DNA from: Fimbriimonadaceae bacterium | Lineage (GTDB): Bacteria; Armatimonadota; Fimbriimonadia; Fimbriimonadales; Fimbriimonadaceae | Assembly: GCA_035248525.1 (NCBI GenBank) | Contig: DATFHI010000273.1 | Coordinates: 1-30,690 of the forward strand | Direction of reading: 5' to 3' | Length of the DNA: 30,690 nucleotides | Part shown: positions 1 to 9,200 of the stretch, piece after piece | How the letters are laid out: each line of letters begins with the position of its first letter | Numbering within the stretch: the stretch's first letter is position 1 | Made by a program: the position numbers and the translations under genes | The notes under the pieces: model-generated | Databases searched by the model: none | The model's input: only the letters and a program-made list of their open reading frames with translations | Told to the model about the DNA's origin: nothing

Positions 1-23
1 TTCGAGCTTACTCAGTCACAAGC

Positions 24-686
24 TCAGGCTTTTTCCAACACGGTCGAAGCTCGGTTAGCCAGATCGAGCAGCACCTGCTTGTCCGGACCCTCGATCCTGA
101 GATCATAACCGGCCTGAAGCCACCTCACCCCGCGGCCCACATAGACTTCGCGACCGTTGGGAAGCATCTTCCGATCTCCAATCATTTGTATGCTTGGATT
201 TTTGCCTACGTTCAGGTGATAAGTTTTCCCTTTCACCTGATAGTCGAAGCAGCAGATATCCCCACCTTCGTGAACTCGTACGATTGGTACGTCCGATCCA
301 AGGTCCATTGTGGGAAGATCAAAAGACTGTTGTTCCTTCACCCAGTTTGTCGCTACGACGGGGTCATTGGTTTCCAAAGCTCCCTTCGATGTTTCGCTTG
401 GGAAATTGACCAAGAATAGGGCCAATGCGGCAGCAACTGCGGCCCCGGCGGGAAGCCAGTACCAACTCAAGCGCCGAGTTTCGGGCTTCGTTGATGGTAT
501 CAAACTTTCCAACCTGGACAAGGGAACTTCTTCGCGAAGGGCTTCCTGCCGAACGGCTTCGATAAATTGATCCAAACTTTCCAGGGATCTTGTGGCTTCA
601 GGGTTCGTTCGCAACTCCTCCCGAGCGAGCGCCATTTCCTGCTCAGGAAGACTTCCATCTCGAAAGGCTTGCCAATCGATCTTCAT
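24..686 (-). CDS. Putative anti-sigma factor (single TM, extracytoplasmic C-terminal domain)
   Basis: Start overlaps the stop of the upstream ECF sigma (683-686). N-terminus (WQAFRDGSLPEQE) resembles anti-sigma domains, followed by a TM segment (WYWLPAGAAVAAALALFLV) and a soluble tail. No HxxxCxxC zinc motif. Confidence 0.7.
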   Translation of the reverse strand: MKIDWQAFRDGSLPEQEMALAREELRTNPEATRSLESLDQFIEAVRQEALREEVPLSRLESLIPSTKPETRRLSWYWLPAGAAVAAALALFLVNFPSETSKGALETNDPVVATNWVKEQQSFDLPTMDLGSDVPIVRVHEGGDICCFDYQVKGKTYHLNVGKNPSIQMIGDRKMLPNGREVYVGRGVRWLQAGYDLRIEGPDKQVLLDLANRASTVLEKA

Positions 687-1186
687 CGGATTCCTTCCTC
701 GATCTGGATTTGTCCTAAGCAGCGAGCTCGTAACCTGGCCCGGGCTCGAAAAAGGCGGGAACGTACGGTGCCGATGGGAATGTCGAGGGCGTCAGAAGCT
801 TCTTCGTAGGTGAGCTCTTCCACGTCGCAAAGCTGAATGATCATCCGATGCTCTTCCGAGAGCTGATCCAACTCGCGCATCAGGGTATCGGCGTCGACTC
901 GCAAATTCACCTCTTCCCAAAAGTCCTCGGTCTCGCCCTCGGCATCTTCCAGAACCACGGTCGGACGGGCCAGTTCACGGCGGATTAGGGAATTGAATTC
1001 ATTCCGCAGAATCTTGATAAGCCAACTGCGAAAATGGCGACCGTCGAAGCTGGATTGAAATTTTACGGCGGCTAAAAGGGTCTGGCCGACCAAATCCTCG
1101 GCCATCTCATTTGAGCGGGAAAGGCGCTTGGCAACCCGAAAGAGAACTGGAAGTTCGCTTTTCAGGCTTCGCTCAAAGTCACGCAT
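683..1186 (-). CDS. ECF RNA polymerase sigma-70 factor
   Basis: Region 2 (AEDLVGQTLLAA, FRSWLIKILRN) and region 4 (LTYEEASDALDIPIGTVRSRLFRAR). Start placed at ATG 1186 (MRDFERSL) because the longer ORF-track start overlaps the neighbouring gene. Confidence 0.92.
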   Translation of the reverse strand: MRDFERSLKSELPVLFRVAKRLSRSNEMAEDLVGQTLLAAVKFQSSFDGRHFRSWLIKILRNEFNSLIRRELARPTVVLEDAEGETEDFWEEVNLRVDADTLMRELDQLSEEHRMIIQLCDVEELTYEEASDALDIPIGTVRSRLFRARARLRARCLGQIQIEEGIR

Positions 1187-1311
1187 TATCGCCCCATCGC
1201 GGCGCGTTGCCGCCTGGGAACTATCATACAGCTTTGGACAAATCGTATAGCTCAACGAGGACGTCATTTGGAGATCAAGTCTCAAAAGCGACCTCGACCC
1301 GCAATAGTTCC

Positions 1312-1839
1312 CTAACCCTTGGACTTTAGTCTCTGGAAACGCCATCGTCGAACAATCGGCACGGAAAAGATCACGATGCCGGAGGTCGACAGTAGGAATA
1401 ACATGACGGCCACCCCGGGCAAAACGAATTCATGGATCACGTTGGCGAAGTAACTCATGTCATGCAGGTCCTCCATCAACTGGTCGTTCCGCTTCGCGTT
1501 CGAAACGATCGTTCCCCGTGTGCCATCAACCTGAATCTCGCGGTATCCGGTCTTGCTCACGACCTTAAACACGTTGTCGCCCGGCCTAAAGTCCACCCGG
1601 TCCACATCCTTCAATTCGTCGAGTTCGTGATGCCCTGCGTCAAATGCGATTTGAAGCACGTCGGCCAGCGGCAAGATTGCTTCGATCGACTCCAACTCTG
1701 ATGTGGGCATTACCGGCGGCCGCATAAACGCAAATTGGCCTTTAAGCGCCAGAAAGAAACCTGTGGTCGATATGAGGGCCAGGAAAAGGCATGCAACAAA
1801 GCCAATCCAGCGATGCAAAGTTCGGAGGCGGTGGTACAT
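1312..1839 (-). CDS. PepSY-associated TM helix domain protein
   Basis: LRTLHRWIG at the first TM, a short PepSY-like soluble segment (VDRVDFRPGDNVFKV...EIQVDGTRG) and EDLHD before the last TM. Start at ATG 1839. Confidence 0.8.
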   Translation of the reverse strand: MYHRLRTLHRWIGFVACLFLALISTTGFFLALKGQFAFMRPPVMPTSELESIEAILPLADVLQIAFDAGHHELDELKDVDRVDFRPGDNVFKVVSKTGYREIQVDGTRGTIVSNAKRNDQLMEDLHDMSYFANVIHEFVLPGVAVMLFLLSTSGIVIFSVPIVRRWRFQRLKSKG

Positions 1840-1901
1840 GGGATGGACCCAGGATACTCGGTACGCACCTGGTTCCATAATCGTAGTATCCCTGTCGTCC
1901 C

Positions 1902-3827
1902 ATGAGTAGAACCCTGCCTGAAACGGTTGTCGCAAAGCTGAAAAAGCTGCCGGCCAAACCTGGGTGCTACATTTACCGGAACGAAAAGTCTGAAGTGCTC
2001 TATGTGGGCAAAGCGATCAATCTCCGGAACCGAGTTCGCAGCTACTTTCAGGAATCAACCAGGCATGGAATTCGGATTGCCCGGCTTGTCACCAACGTCC
2101 GAGACATCGAGTGGATCGTGGTGGATTCGGAAGTTGAAGCCCTGGTTCTCGAATGCAATCTAATAAAAGAGCACCGGCCACCGTTCAATGTTCGACTTCG
2201 GGATGATAAGAGCTATCCGTACATCACGATCACCAAAGAGCCATTCCCCCGGGTGATGTTCACCCGACGCCCGCGTAAGGATGGGGCGAAATACTACGGA
2301 CCCTACACTTCAGCATTCTCTGTCCGCGACACCTTGCAACTGCTGCACAAGATATTTCCGCTCATTCCGTGCGGCAAATCATGGAGCGGCCGTCCGGAGC
2401 AAAAGCCTTGCCTGTATTACCACCTTGGACGCTGCCTTGGCCCTTGCGCAGGTTTGAGTGAACCAACCGAATACCGAGAGGTGATTGGAAAGGTCGACAG
2501 GTTCCTGCAAGGGAAAGAGGAGAGCATCGTCGCGGACTTGAAAACGGAGATGGCGAAGGCGTCCGATGACTTGGACTTTGAAAAGGCCGCCAAGCTTCGC
2601 GATCAGATGAACGCCATCGAGACGCTGATGCAGCGTCAGAAGGTCCTTACTGGGGAGCGAGTGGACCAAGACGTGATCGCCGTGGTCAAGGACGACCGCG
2701 GAGCCGCGATCCAAATGCTTTACATCAGGAGCGGCAAGCTCATTGGCCAGCGGCAGTTCATGCTCGACGGTGCATCCGAAGTTCCTGCGCCGGAAGCCGT
2801 TCAGGAGTTTGTTAAGCAGTATTACGCGGATGCACCCGAAGTGCCTCGAGAAGTGCTCCTACCCGTAGAGATCGAGGAGCGGAATATCGTCCAAACCTGG
2901 CTGCGGCAGCGACGTGGCGCGGCGGTAACCGTTGAAGTGCCGCAGGGTGGTGAGAAAATGCGGCTCGTGGACTTGGCGGCCAATAATGCTGAACAGGCCC
3001 TGGCGACTTTCTCACAAGAGCTCGCCCAAAAAGAAGCATGGGCAGAAGAGGCGCTTTCACAGTTGCAGGAGCAACTAGGACTGCCGACTTTGCCCTTGAG
3101 GATTGAGGGATACGACATTTCTAATATCCAAGGCACGGCCCCGGTTGGTTCGATGGTGGTCGTGGAGAACGGGGAAGCCGCGAAGAATGAATACCGCCGC
3201 TTCAAAGTCCGGTGGCACCCTGAAAGTCCAAATGACTTCGCGATGATGCATGAAGTCATAACGCGCCGGTTACGGGCGCATCTGGACGGAGATGAGAAGT
3301 TCGTCAAGCTGCCCGATCTTATCATGATCGACGGCGGTAAGGGACACCTGGCGGCTGCACTTCGCGCCCGGGACGAACTGGGGTTGTCCGTACCGATGGT
3401 TGGATTGGCGAAGCGACATGAGATCTTGTATTTGCCGGAGAGGTTGACAGATGAAAATCAGGTGGGGCTGCAATTCGAAGGCCGAGCCCGAGCTCTGCCA
3501 TATGAGTTCAAAGGAGTCTCTGAAGACTATCGCTTTCAGGATTTCGAATTGCCGCTGAACTCTCCGGGGCTGATGGTATTGCGCAGGCTCCGAGATGAAG
3601 CACACCGATTCGCTCTATCATTCCACCGCAAGATTCGCGACAAGCGAATGACCGGTTCCGCAATCGAGGAAATTCCTGGAATTGGACCGCGGAGGCGAAG
3701 GCTGCTCCTACGAACCTTCGGATCGGTTGAGGGAATCCGGCGCGCAACGGTGGACGAGTTAGCCGCTGTTCCTACAATGACGCGAAAACTTGCCGAGCAA
3801 GTGAACGAATATCTTCGAGAAGGTTAA
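1902..3827 (+). CDS. uvrC: Excinuclease ABC subunit C
   Basis: GIY-YIG nuclease (PGCYIY...LYVGKAINLRNRVRSYF), Cys cluster, UVR domain, RNase H-like domain (EGYDISN, PDLIMIDGGKGH, LRDEAHRFA) and C-terminal HhH (IPGIGPRRR). Confidence 0.98.
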   Translation: MSRTLPETVVAKLKKLPAKPGCYIYRNEKSEVLYVGKAINLRNRVRSYFQESTRHGIRIARLVTNVRDIEWIVVDSEVEALVLECNLIKEHRPPFNVRLRDDKSYPYITITKEPFPRVMFTRRPRKDGAKYYGPYTSAFSVRDTLQLLHKIFPLIPCGKSWSGRPEQKPCLYYHLGRCLGPCAGLSEPTEYREVIGKVDRFLQGKEESIVADLKTEMAKASDDLDFEKAAKLRDQMNAIETLMQRQKVLTGERVDQDVIAVVKDDRGAAIQMLYIRSGKLIGQRQFMLDGASEVPAPEAVQEFVKQYYADAPEVPREVLLPVEIEERNIVQTWLRQRRGAAVTVEVPQGGEKMRLVDLAANNAEQALATFSQELAQKEAWAEEALSQLQEQLGLPTLPLRIEGYDISNIQGTAPVGSMVVVENGEAAKNEYRRFKVRWHPESPNDFAMMHEVITRRLRAHLDGDEKFVKLPDLIMIDGGKGHLAAALRARDELGLSVPMVGLAKRHEILYLPERLTDENQVGLQFEGRARALPYEFKGVSEDYRFQDFELPLNSPGLMVLRRLRDEAHRFALSFHRKIRDKRMTGSAIEEIPGIGPRRRRLLLRTFGSVEGIRRATVDELAAVPTMTRKLAEQVNEYLREG

Positions 3828-3829
3828 CC

Positions 3830-4330
3830 CTAGAATAGGGCGCCTTGAGGCTCAGATTCGAGTTCGACCTCACGGTGCGAGCGCAGATTTCCATGTTCGT
3901 CGACGTGTTGATAATCGATGCCCTTTTTAAGAATCGGTGGACCGAGTAATCGGGACCGATGGCACCGATGTGGGCGCAGGCAACCGCACATCAAAACGAT
4001 GCGATTCTTTGGGTCCGACGCCGCTTCCGTGAGTTTGTCTATCCCGAGTGCAAGATAGTCCGTCTGTCTGAGTGGTTCGATGTCAACCGAGTCAGGATCT
4101 TTGCAAAGTACTGCACTTCCCGTAATAGCGCCAAGCGTGTCGCCCATGTAGACGTAACGGATTTCGGTTTCCGACATGAGGAATGCAAGTCGCTCCCTGC
4201 GGAAATCTTCCCAATAAGCTGATTGCGGAACGGATCGGACATCCACCAAGTGACTGAACTTATATTGGCGGATCAAATCCAGGAACGCCTCGAACCCTCG
4301 ATTGCCGTAGCCGACGGAATAAAGGGTCAC
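3830..4330 (-). CDS. DUF488 family protein
   Basis: YSVGYGNR...LVDVRSVP, YVYMGDTLG and LMC...CHR motifs typical of DUF488. Start placed at GTG 4330, just after the upstream stop. Confidence 0.85.
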   Translation of the reverse strand: MTLYSVGYGNRGFEAFLDLIRQYKFSHLVDVRSVPQSAYWEDFRRERLAFLMSETEIRYVYMGDTLGAITGSAVLCKDPDSVDIEPLRQTDYLALGIDKLTEAASDPKNRIVLMCGCLRPHRCHRSRLLGPPILKKGIDYQHVDEHGNLRSHREVELESEPQGALF

Positions 4331-4340
4331 GGCGCTAAGG

Positions 4341-4895
4341 CTACGCTCGAGCTTTTTCGCGAATTGCACCGACGGGAACGGAATCTGATCGCTCCATTTC
4401 CTGCTTGCCGCGCTCGATGGTTGTAGCCACTTTCCCGACTACATTTTCCAGCTGGGTAAGTACATCCAGCGCATACTTCTCTGCTCCTCGACGCATGGAG
4501 ATGGATTCACGGTCGGCAGCATTTCGCATCTCTTCGCTCTGTGCCTTGGAAAGCTTCAGAATTTCGCTCTCTCCCACCATTTGCTGCTGCTGGAGTCGGG
4601 CTTGATCGATAATGCGTCCGGCTTCCTGTTGAGCTTCTGCAATGATCCGCTGCGCCTCTTTTTGGGCGCTCTCCAACGTCATCGTCGCGTCTTCTCGCGC
4701 CGACTCCACAATCCGGTCGGTCTCACGCACCGTGGCCGCTGCCGCCTTCACTTCGCTCGGAAGCGAAGCTCGAACCTTGGCGATCTGCATGCTGATCTCG
4801 TCTTTATTCAATCCCCAAACCAAGGGTCCACCCAGGCTTTTGGGGTTGTCGACGGCAAGTTCGTGCAGTTGATCGAGTAGGCGCAGAATATCCAT
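4341..4895 (-). CDS. Coiled-coil protein of the coaD-adjacent SepIVA/DivIVA-like family (often annotated 'ATPase' or 'ATP synthase B-like')
   Basis: MDILRLLDQL start, RASLP motif, long A/E/Q/R heptad-type repeats, and position directly downstream of coaD as in Actinobacteria and Firmicutes. Confidence 0.7.
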   Translation of the reverse strand: MDILRLLDQLHELAVDNPKSLGGPLVWGLNKDEISMQIAKVRASLPSEVKAAAATVRETDRIVESAREDATMTLESAQKEAQRIIAEAQQEAGRIIDQARLQQQQMVGESEILKLSKAQSEEMRNAADRESISMRRGAEKYALDVLTQLENVVGKVATTIERGKQEMERSDSVPVGAIREKARA

Positions 4896-4964
4896 AGGGC
4901 TCCGAAGTGAGGACGAATGAGTGGTCTACATTGTGGCACGAAGGTGCGGAATTGAACCTAAAAC

Positions 4965-5456
4965 TTATCCACCCACTTTTCCCAACGCTCGGTGGATAAC
5001 TTTTGCAACCGGCTCCGAAACTAGCTTTGTATAGTCCCCACCAAGGTTGGCCACTTCCCGAACAATGCTGCTGCTCAAGTAGCTGTACTCCCACTTGGTC
5101 ATTAGGAATACGGTTTCGATTTCGCTGTCCAGGCGTCGGTTAACCATCGCCATCTGAAATTCATATTCAAAGTCCGCGGTCGCCCGCAAACCTCTGACCA
5201 CTGAGCGCGCATTTTTTGACCTGACGAAGTCCACGAGCAAGCCCCTAAACGTCTCCACTTGCACATTGCCCAGGTGTGAAATGCTTTTTCTAATGGATTC
5301 CACCCGCTCATCTTCGCTCAGCAAATACTTCTTGGCAGAGTTCACGCCGACGCCAACGATAATGTCGTCGAACAGCGCCGCCGCCCGCTCGATAACGTCG
5401 AGATGCCCCAACGTTGGCGGATCGAACGAGCCCGGATAAATCGCAATTCGACGCAT
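4965..5456 (-). CDS. coaD: Phosphopantetheine adenylyltransferase
   Basis: AIYPGSFDPPTLGHLD, RGLRATADFEYE and LSSSIVRE motifs. Confidence 0.98.
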   Translation of the reverse strand: MRRIAIYPGSFDPPTLGHLDVIERAAALFDDIIVGVGVNSAKKYLLSEDERVESIRKSISHLGNVQVETFRGLLVDFVRSKNARSVVRGLRATADFEYEFQMAMVNRRLDSEIETVFLMTKWEYSYLSSSIVREVANLGGDYTKLVSEPVAKVIHRALGKVGG

Positions 5457-5471
5457 AGCAAATGAGGATAC

Positions 5472-6221
5472 TCAGCGGCGATCCACGACGCGCTCCATGA
5501 CTGGATAGTTGTCGCTACTCACCATCTCCTTCGCGCCATCGATGGTTCTGAACACCTGAACGAAGTATCCAGGTTTGCCTGAGTTCCGAATTTTGCCCGC
5601 CGCAGTTCGATCGCCGAGCTCAAACAACCCGGGATTTCGGACGTGGCGCACTTGCGTGTCCAATTGCACCCGCTTTGCCTGTCCGGCCCCATAGAATCCA
5701 ACTTCCAACCGATCTCCCTTTATTCCGGCCTCGATTCTTATCGAAAATGGGTAGGGATTTTTCAACTTCAAGTCGATGTTGTAGTAGGCAACTGCCGCAT
5801 CAAGCCCTGGGGGAACATAGTTCGGGGCAAAGCGGTGCCGGCAACGTTCGACGATTCCCAACCCGGCTCTCAGAGCGGCATTGTAGGTCGTAGTCGACGT
5901 TTGACATACACCTCCTCCGAAGCTATTTATCAGTTGGCCGTTGAAACTCACCGGCGCCTTTCGGTAACCCACATCTTTGGAAAATGATCCGACCCGTTCG
6001 TTGAAGGAGAACGTCTCCCCGGGCTGGATTACCGCTCCATTTAGCTTGGCGGCGGCCAGGTACGCGTTGTGCTTCTGATTGCGACTGCGGTTCTCGACCA
6101 TGGTTGAAAACCGTGCCAGGCAATGTTGTTTCGGCGCGGCAACCAAAGCGACCGCCCCGGTTGTAGCGAAGAGCGCCGCCGGCAGAACGGCAAGGAGCGT
6201 CCGTCTCCTAGAACGCGTCAT
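5472..6221 (-). CDS. VanW family protein with N-terminal signal/anchor and G5-like tail
   Basis: LNGAVIQPGETFSFN, GGGVCQTSTTTYNAAL, HRFAPNYVPPGLDAAV and DLKLKNP are VanW core motifs. Start overlaps the A2M stop (6218-6221). Confidence 0.92.
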   Translation of the reverse strand: MTRSRRRTLLAVLPAALFATTGAVALVAAPKQHCLARFSTMVENRSRNQKHNAYLAAAKLNGAVIQPGETFSFNERVGSFSKDVGYRKAPVSFNGQLINSFGGGVCQTSTTTYNAALRAGLGIVERCRHRFAPNYVPPGLDAAVAYYNIDLKLKNPYPFSIRIEAGIKGDRLEVGFYGAGQAKRVQLDTQVRHVRNPGLFELGDRTAAGKIRNSGKPGYFVQVFRTIDGAKEMVSSDNYPVMERVVDRR

Positions 6222-9200
6222 CTTGGCTGCACTTCCAAGCCGATTTCACGCGTGCTGGCATAGTCTTCGGGGTCGTACATGTTGCCGACTCGCGTGGGCA
6301 GCGCGTTGGACTTTCCGTCCGACTCAGCCCGCATGAAGTAAGTGAATTCCGAATCTCCGCTCGGTAAAGTTCGAGCGAAGAAGGATACGCGGTCATCGCG
6401 AATCACGGTTCTCGCCCACCACCAGCCCCATTCCTCATCCTCATACGGCTCGTCCCGCTCCGTTACCCGGCAATTGCTCGGCACGGGGTCCTCCACCATC
6501 ACAAACTGTCGTTCCCGACCGGAGTGGATCTTGACCACGACCTTGATCACTTCGCCGGACTGAATCTGCTCGACGATGCGATCGGACGGCCGGAATCGCA
6601 AGGTTCCGTCCTCCATCCGTTTCGCCTCCATTCGGTAGTAGGCGCGCTCTACTTTCAGGTCATTGCTGGCCACGAGTTCGCCCAATTTGTCATCGGGAAT
6701 GATCTGCTTCAGATCGGCGGTGTAGTAGCAAACCGAATTCCCCGCCTGCGAAATTTTCACCTCATTGGCGCCTGAATGCAGCTCCGACATCGGGACCGTG
6801 ACCTGCAATTCTGGCTGCAGTATTGAATTTCGATCGAAAATAACTCGTTGAACTTCCTTGCCGTTCACCGAAACAATGAGCGAGCCGTTCGGATTGGAGA
6901 GCTCTTTAGTCTTTGCCAGGTATGACGTCATCCCGATCAATACATAAGCGGTGTCACGCGTGCTCGACCAATATTCGCCTTTACGCGACGTCATAAGGTA
7001 GCGAACAACCTTCGGAATCAAGTCGGACTGGGGATCGAGTTCGACCAGTGCGGCAAGCGCGAGCGCGGTGCTTTCTTGACCCCATGAATACGGTTCCTCT
7101 GCCCAGCTCGCCACTTGAGGAGTTGCCTTGGCTTGAGCCTTCAGCTTCCTTAGAAACGACATCGCCAATTCCTCATTTCCGACGAGGCGAGCGGTCATTG
7201 CGCCAATCGCCAGCTCCGGCGCTCGCCATGCTTTGGAATCAGCTTTCAAAACGCTCGCGGCTGCTTCCGTTCTCCCATTCGATGCCAGTGCAAAGCCGAG
7301 ATAGACCCTATCCCGGGCAATATCTTTCTTCCCTTGGTCGGAGTTCAGCCTCTTTTGCGACCAGTCCAGGGCTCGATCGATCATGGATTGATCCACCCTC
7401 AGGCCCGCTAACCGGGCTCGGTGCAGCCCATCGAGGACCAATGCGGTCATGAACGGATCGGAATCATCGAATTCCCACCAACCCCAACCGCCGTCGCCGT
7501 GCTGCATCTTCGCCAGTCGAGTCAATCCATCGGCGGCAATCGCCGGCACTTTCGCGCGGAGATCTGGACGGGACAATCCCAACTTGCCAAGCGCTTGGTC
7601 GACCAGGATCGCCGGCAGGAAGCGACTCATCGTCTGTTCCACACAGCCATACGGATAGTCGACCAGGCCGTCGAGGGATTGAACCAGCGTTGAGGCAATC
7701 GATGGACTCAGCGAGACCACCAATCGTCCGCTGTTGGGGTCCGCGCCATCACGTATTGTCACATTGAAGGAAGCCTCTCCCTTTACGATGCCCGAATCGG
7801 AGGACTGGAACTCTCGACCGTGCGCCTTCACTTCAAAGGTGGATTTGACGCCATCGTTCGCGCCTCCGGCGATTTCCGCGGTCGCTACAAGTTCTGCTTG
7901 ACCAGTGCGCTGGGCGGTCGCCGTCCATTCGATTGTTTGAGGCTTACCCGGCTCCACCCGTATGGTTTGAGAAGTTTGTCCGTCAAGGGTTATTCCGGTA
8001 GGTGTCACCCCAACCCGAACATCTGCGGCCTGTCCGGTGTCGTTTTGCACCGTCGCCGTTACCTTTTGTTGGTCTTGAACGACCATAAATTGCGGCGTCT
8101 GCAACTTGATCATCAGCGGTTTGCTCGCCACGACCTGCTCGGTTGCCATTCCAACCGCCGTCCGGTCGGTGACTGCCACGACAGTCGCTCGCCATGTCGT
8201 TAAGTTGTCGGGAAGCGTCACCGAAACCCTCGCCGAACCGGTGGCGTCGGTCTGCACGGAGGGAGCCCAGAACGCGGTGTCTTTGAAGAGGGTCCGGATC
8301 GGCACGTTCCCGGCCCCCTTATCACCACCGTCTAAATAAATTTCGGGGAAGGAATAGCTCGTGACCACGGAGACGTTTCTTCTCGGGAAGAATCCTATGA
8401 ACGGGTCCGTGCTGTCCTCCATGATCGCGTAGATGGACTCGTCGACCACGGCCAATGACAGGTCGGCAGAAACGGGCTGACCCGACTTGTCCTTTGTCGT
8501 CACGAAATACGTAACGGTCTGACCAGGCAAAACCTTTTCCCTATCGGGAACCACCGCCACCTGGAGTTTCTGCTCCGATAGGTTGAGAACCATCGAAGAT
8601 CCCGCCTCGTAGAACTGCTTTTCGCGGATGTAAGCGACTGCTACCTGGGCGTTTGGCGCGAACTGTTTCGTGACCGGAATCTGAACAATGGTCACGGACT
8701 GGGTGAGATTCACCACACTTTCGTAAAGAACCTCGTCAGCCTCAACGGTGAACAGCGCGAATCCGCCCGGCTTGTCCGTTTGAATTAATGCTCGAGCCGT
8801 TTCTCCAACCTCATACTTCTTTTTGTCGAGAGTTACCGTGAGCTTTCCACCCGGTCTCGCCGGAACTCCGGCGCCCTCCACATAGAAATAGGTTGAAGAC
8901 TCAATTTCGTGCTTCTGCTCGTCGACGGCGGTGGCTTTGAAGACAAGTGATCCGGCTTTGCGAGGCGTGTAGGTTACGGTTCCACTTCCATCCGGACCCG
9001 TGGTCGCCTGAAGTGTGTCCAGAGGTTCGAAGTGGACTTTGTCGCCACTCCAATTTTCCTCTCCGGCGACGATTTTAAATGCAATGCCGGATAAAGGTTT
9101 ATCTTCGGCGTGCGAGGAAGCGTGCACCTTGATTTCAACGGGCTTCCCAACGTCTCCAATGTAGTCGCTCGCTTCGACCCCGGTATCGAAGAGGCCGCGC

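Noticed and set aside
1216-1312. 9-bp inverted repeat GGGAACTAT...ATAGTTCCC upstream of the first ECF sigma, resembling an ECF -35
   Set aside because: No properly spaced ECF -10 on either strand and the arms are about 80 nt apart; may be chance.
3438-3548. Intein in uvrC
   Set aside because: Too short and lacks the N-terminal Cys/Ser and C-terminal His-Asn splicing residues.
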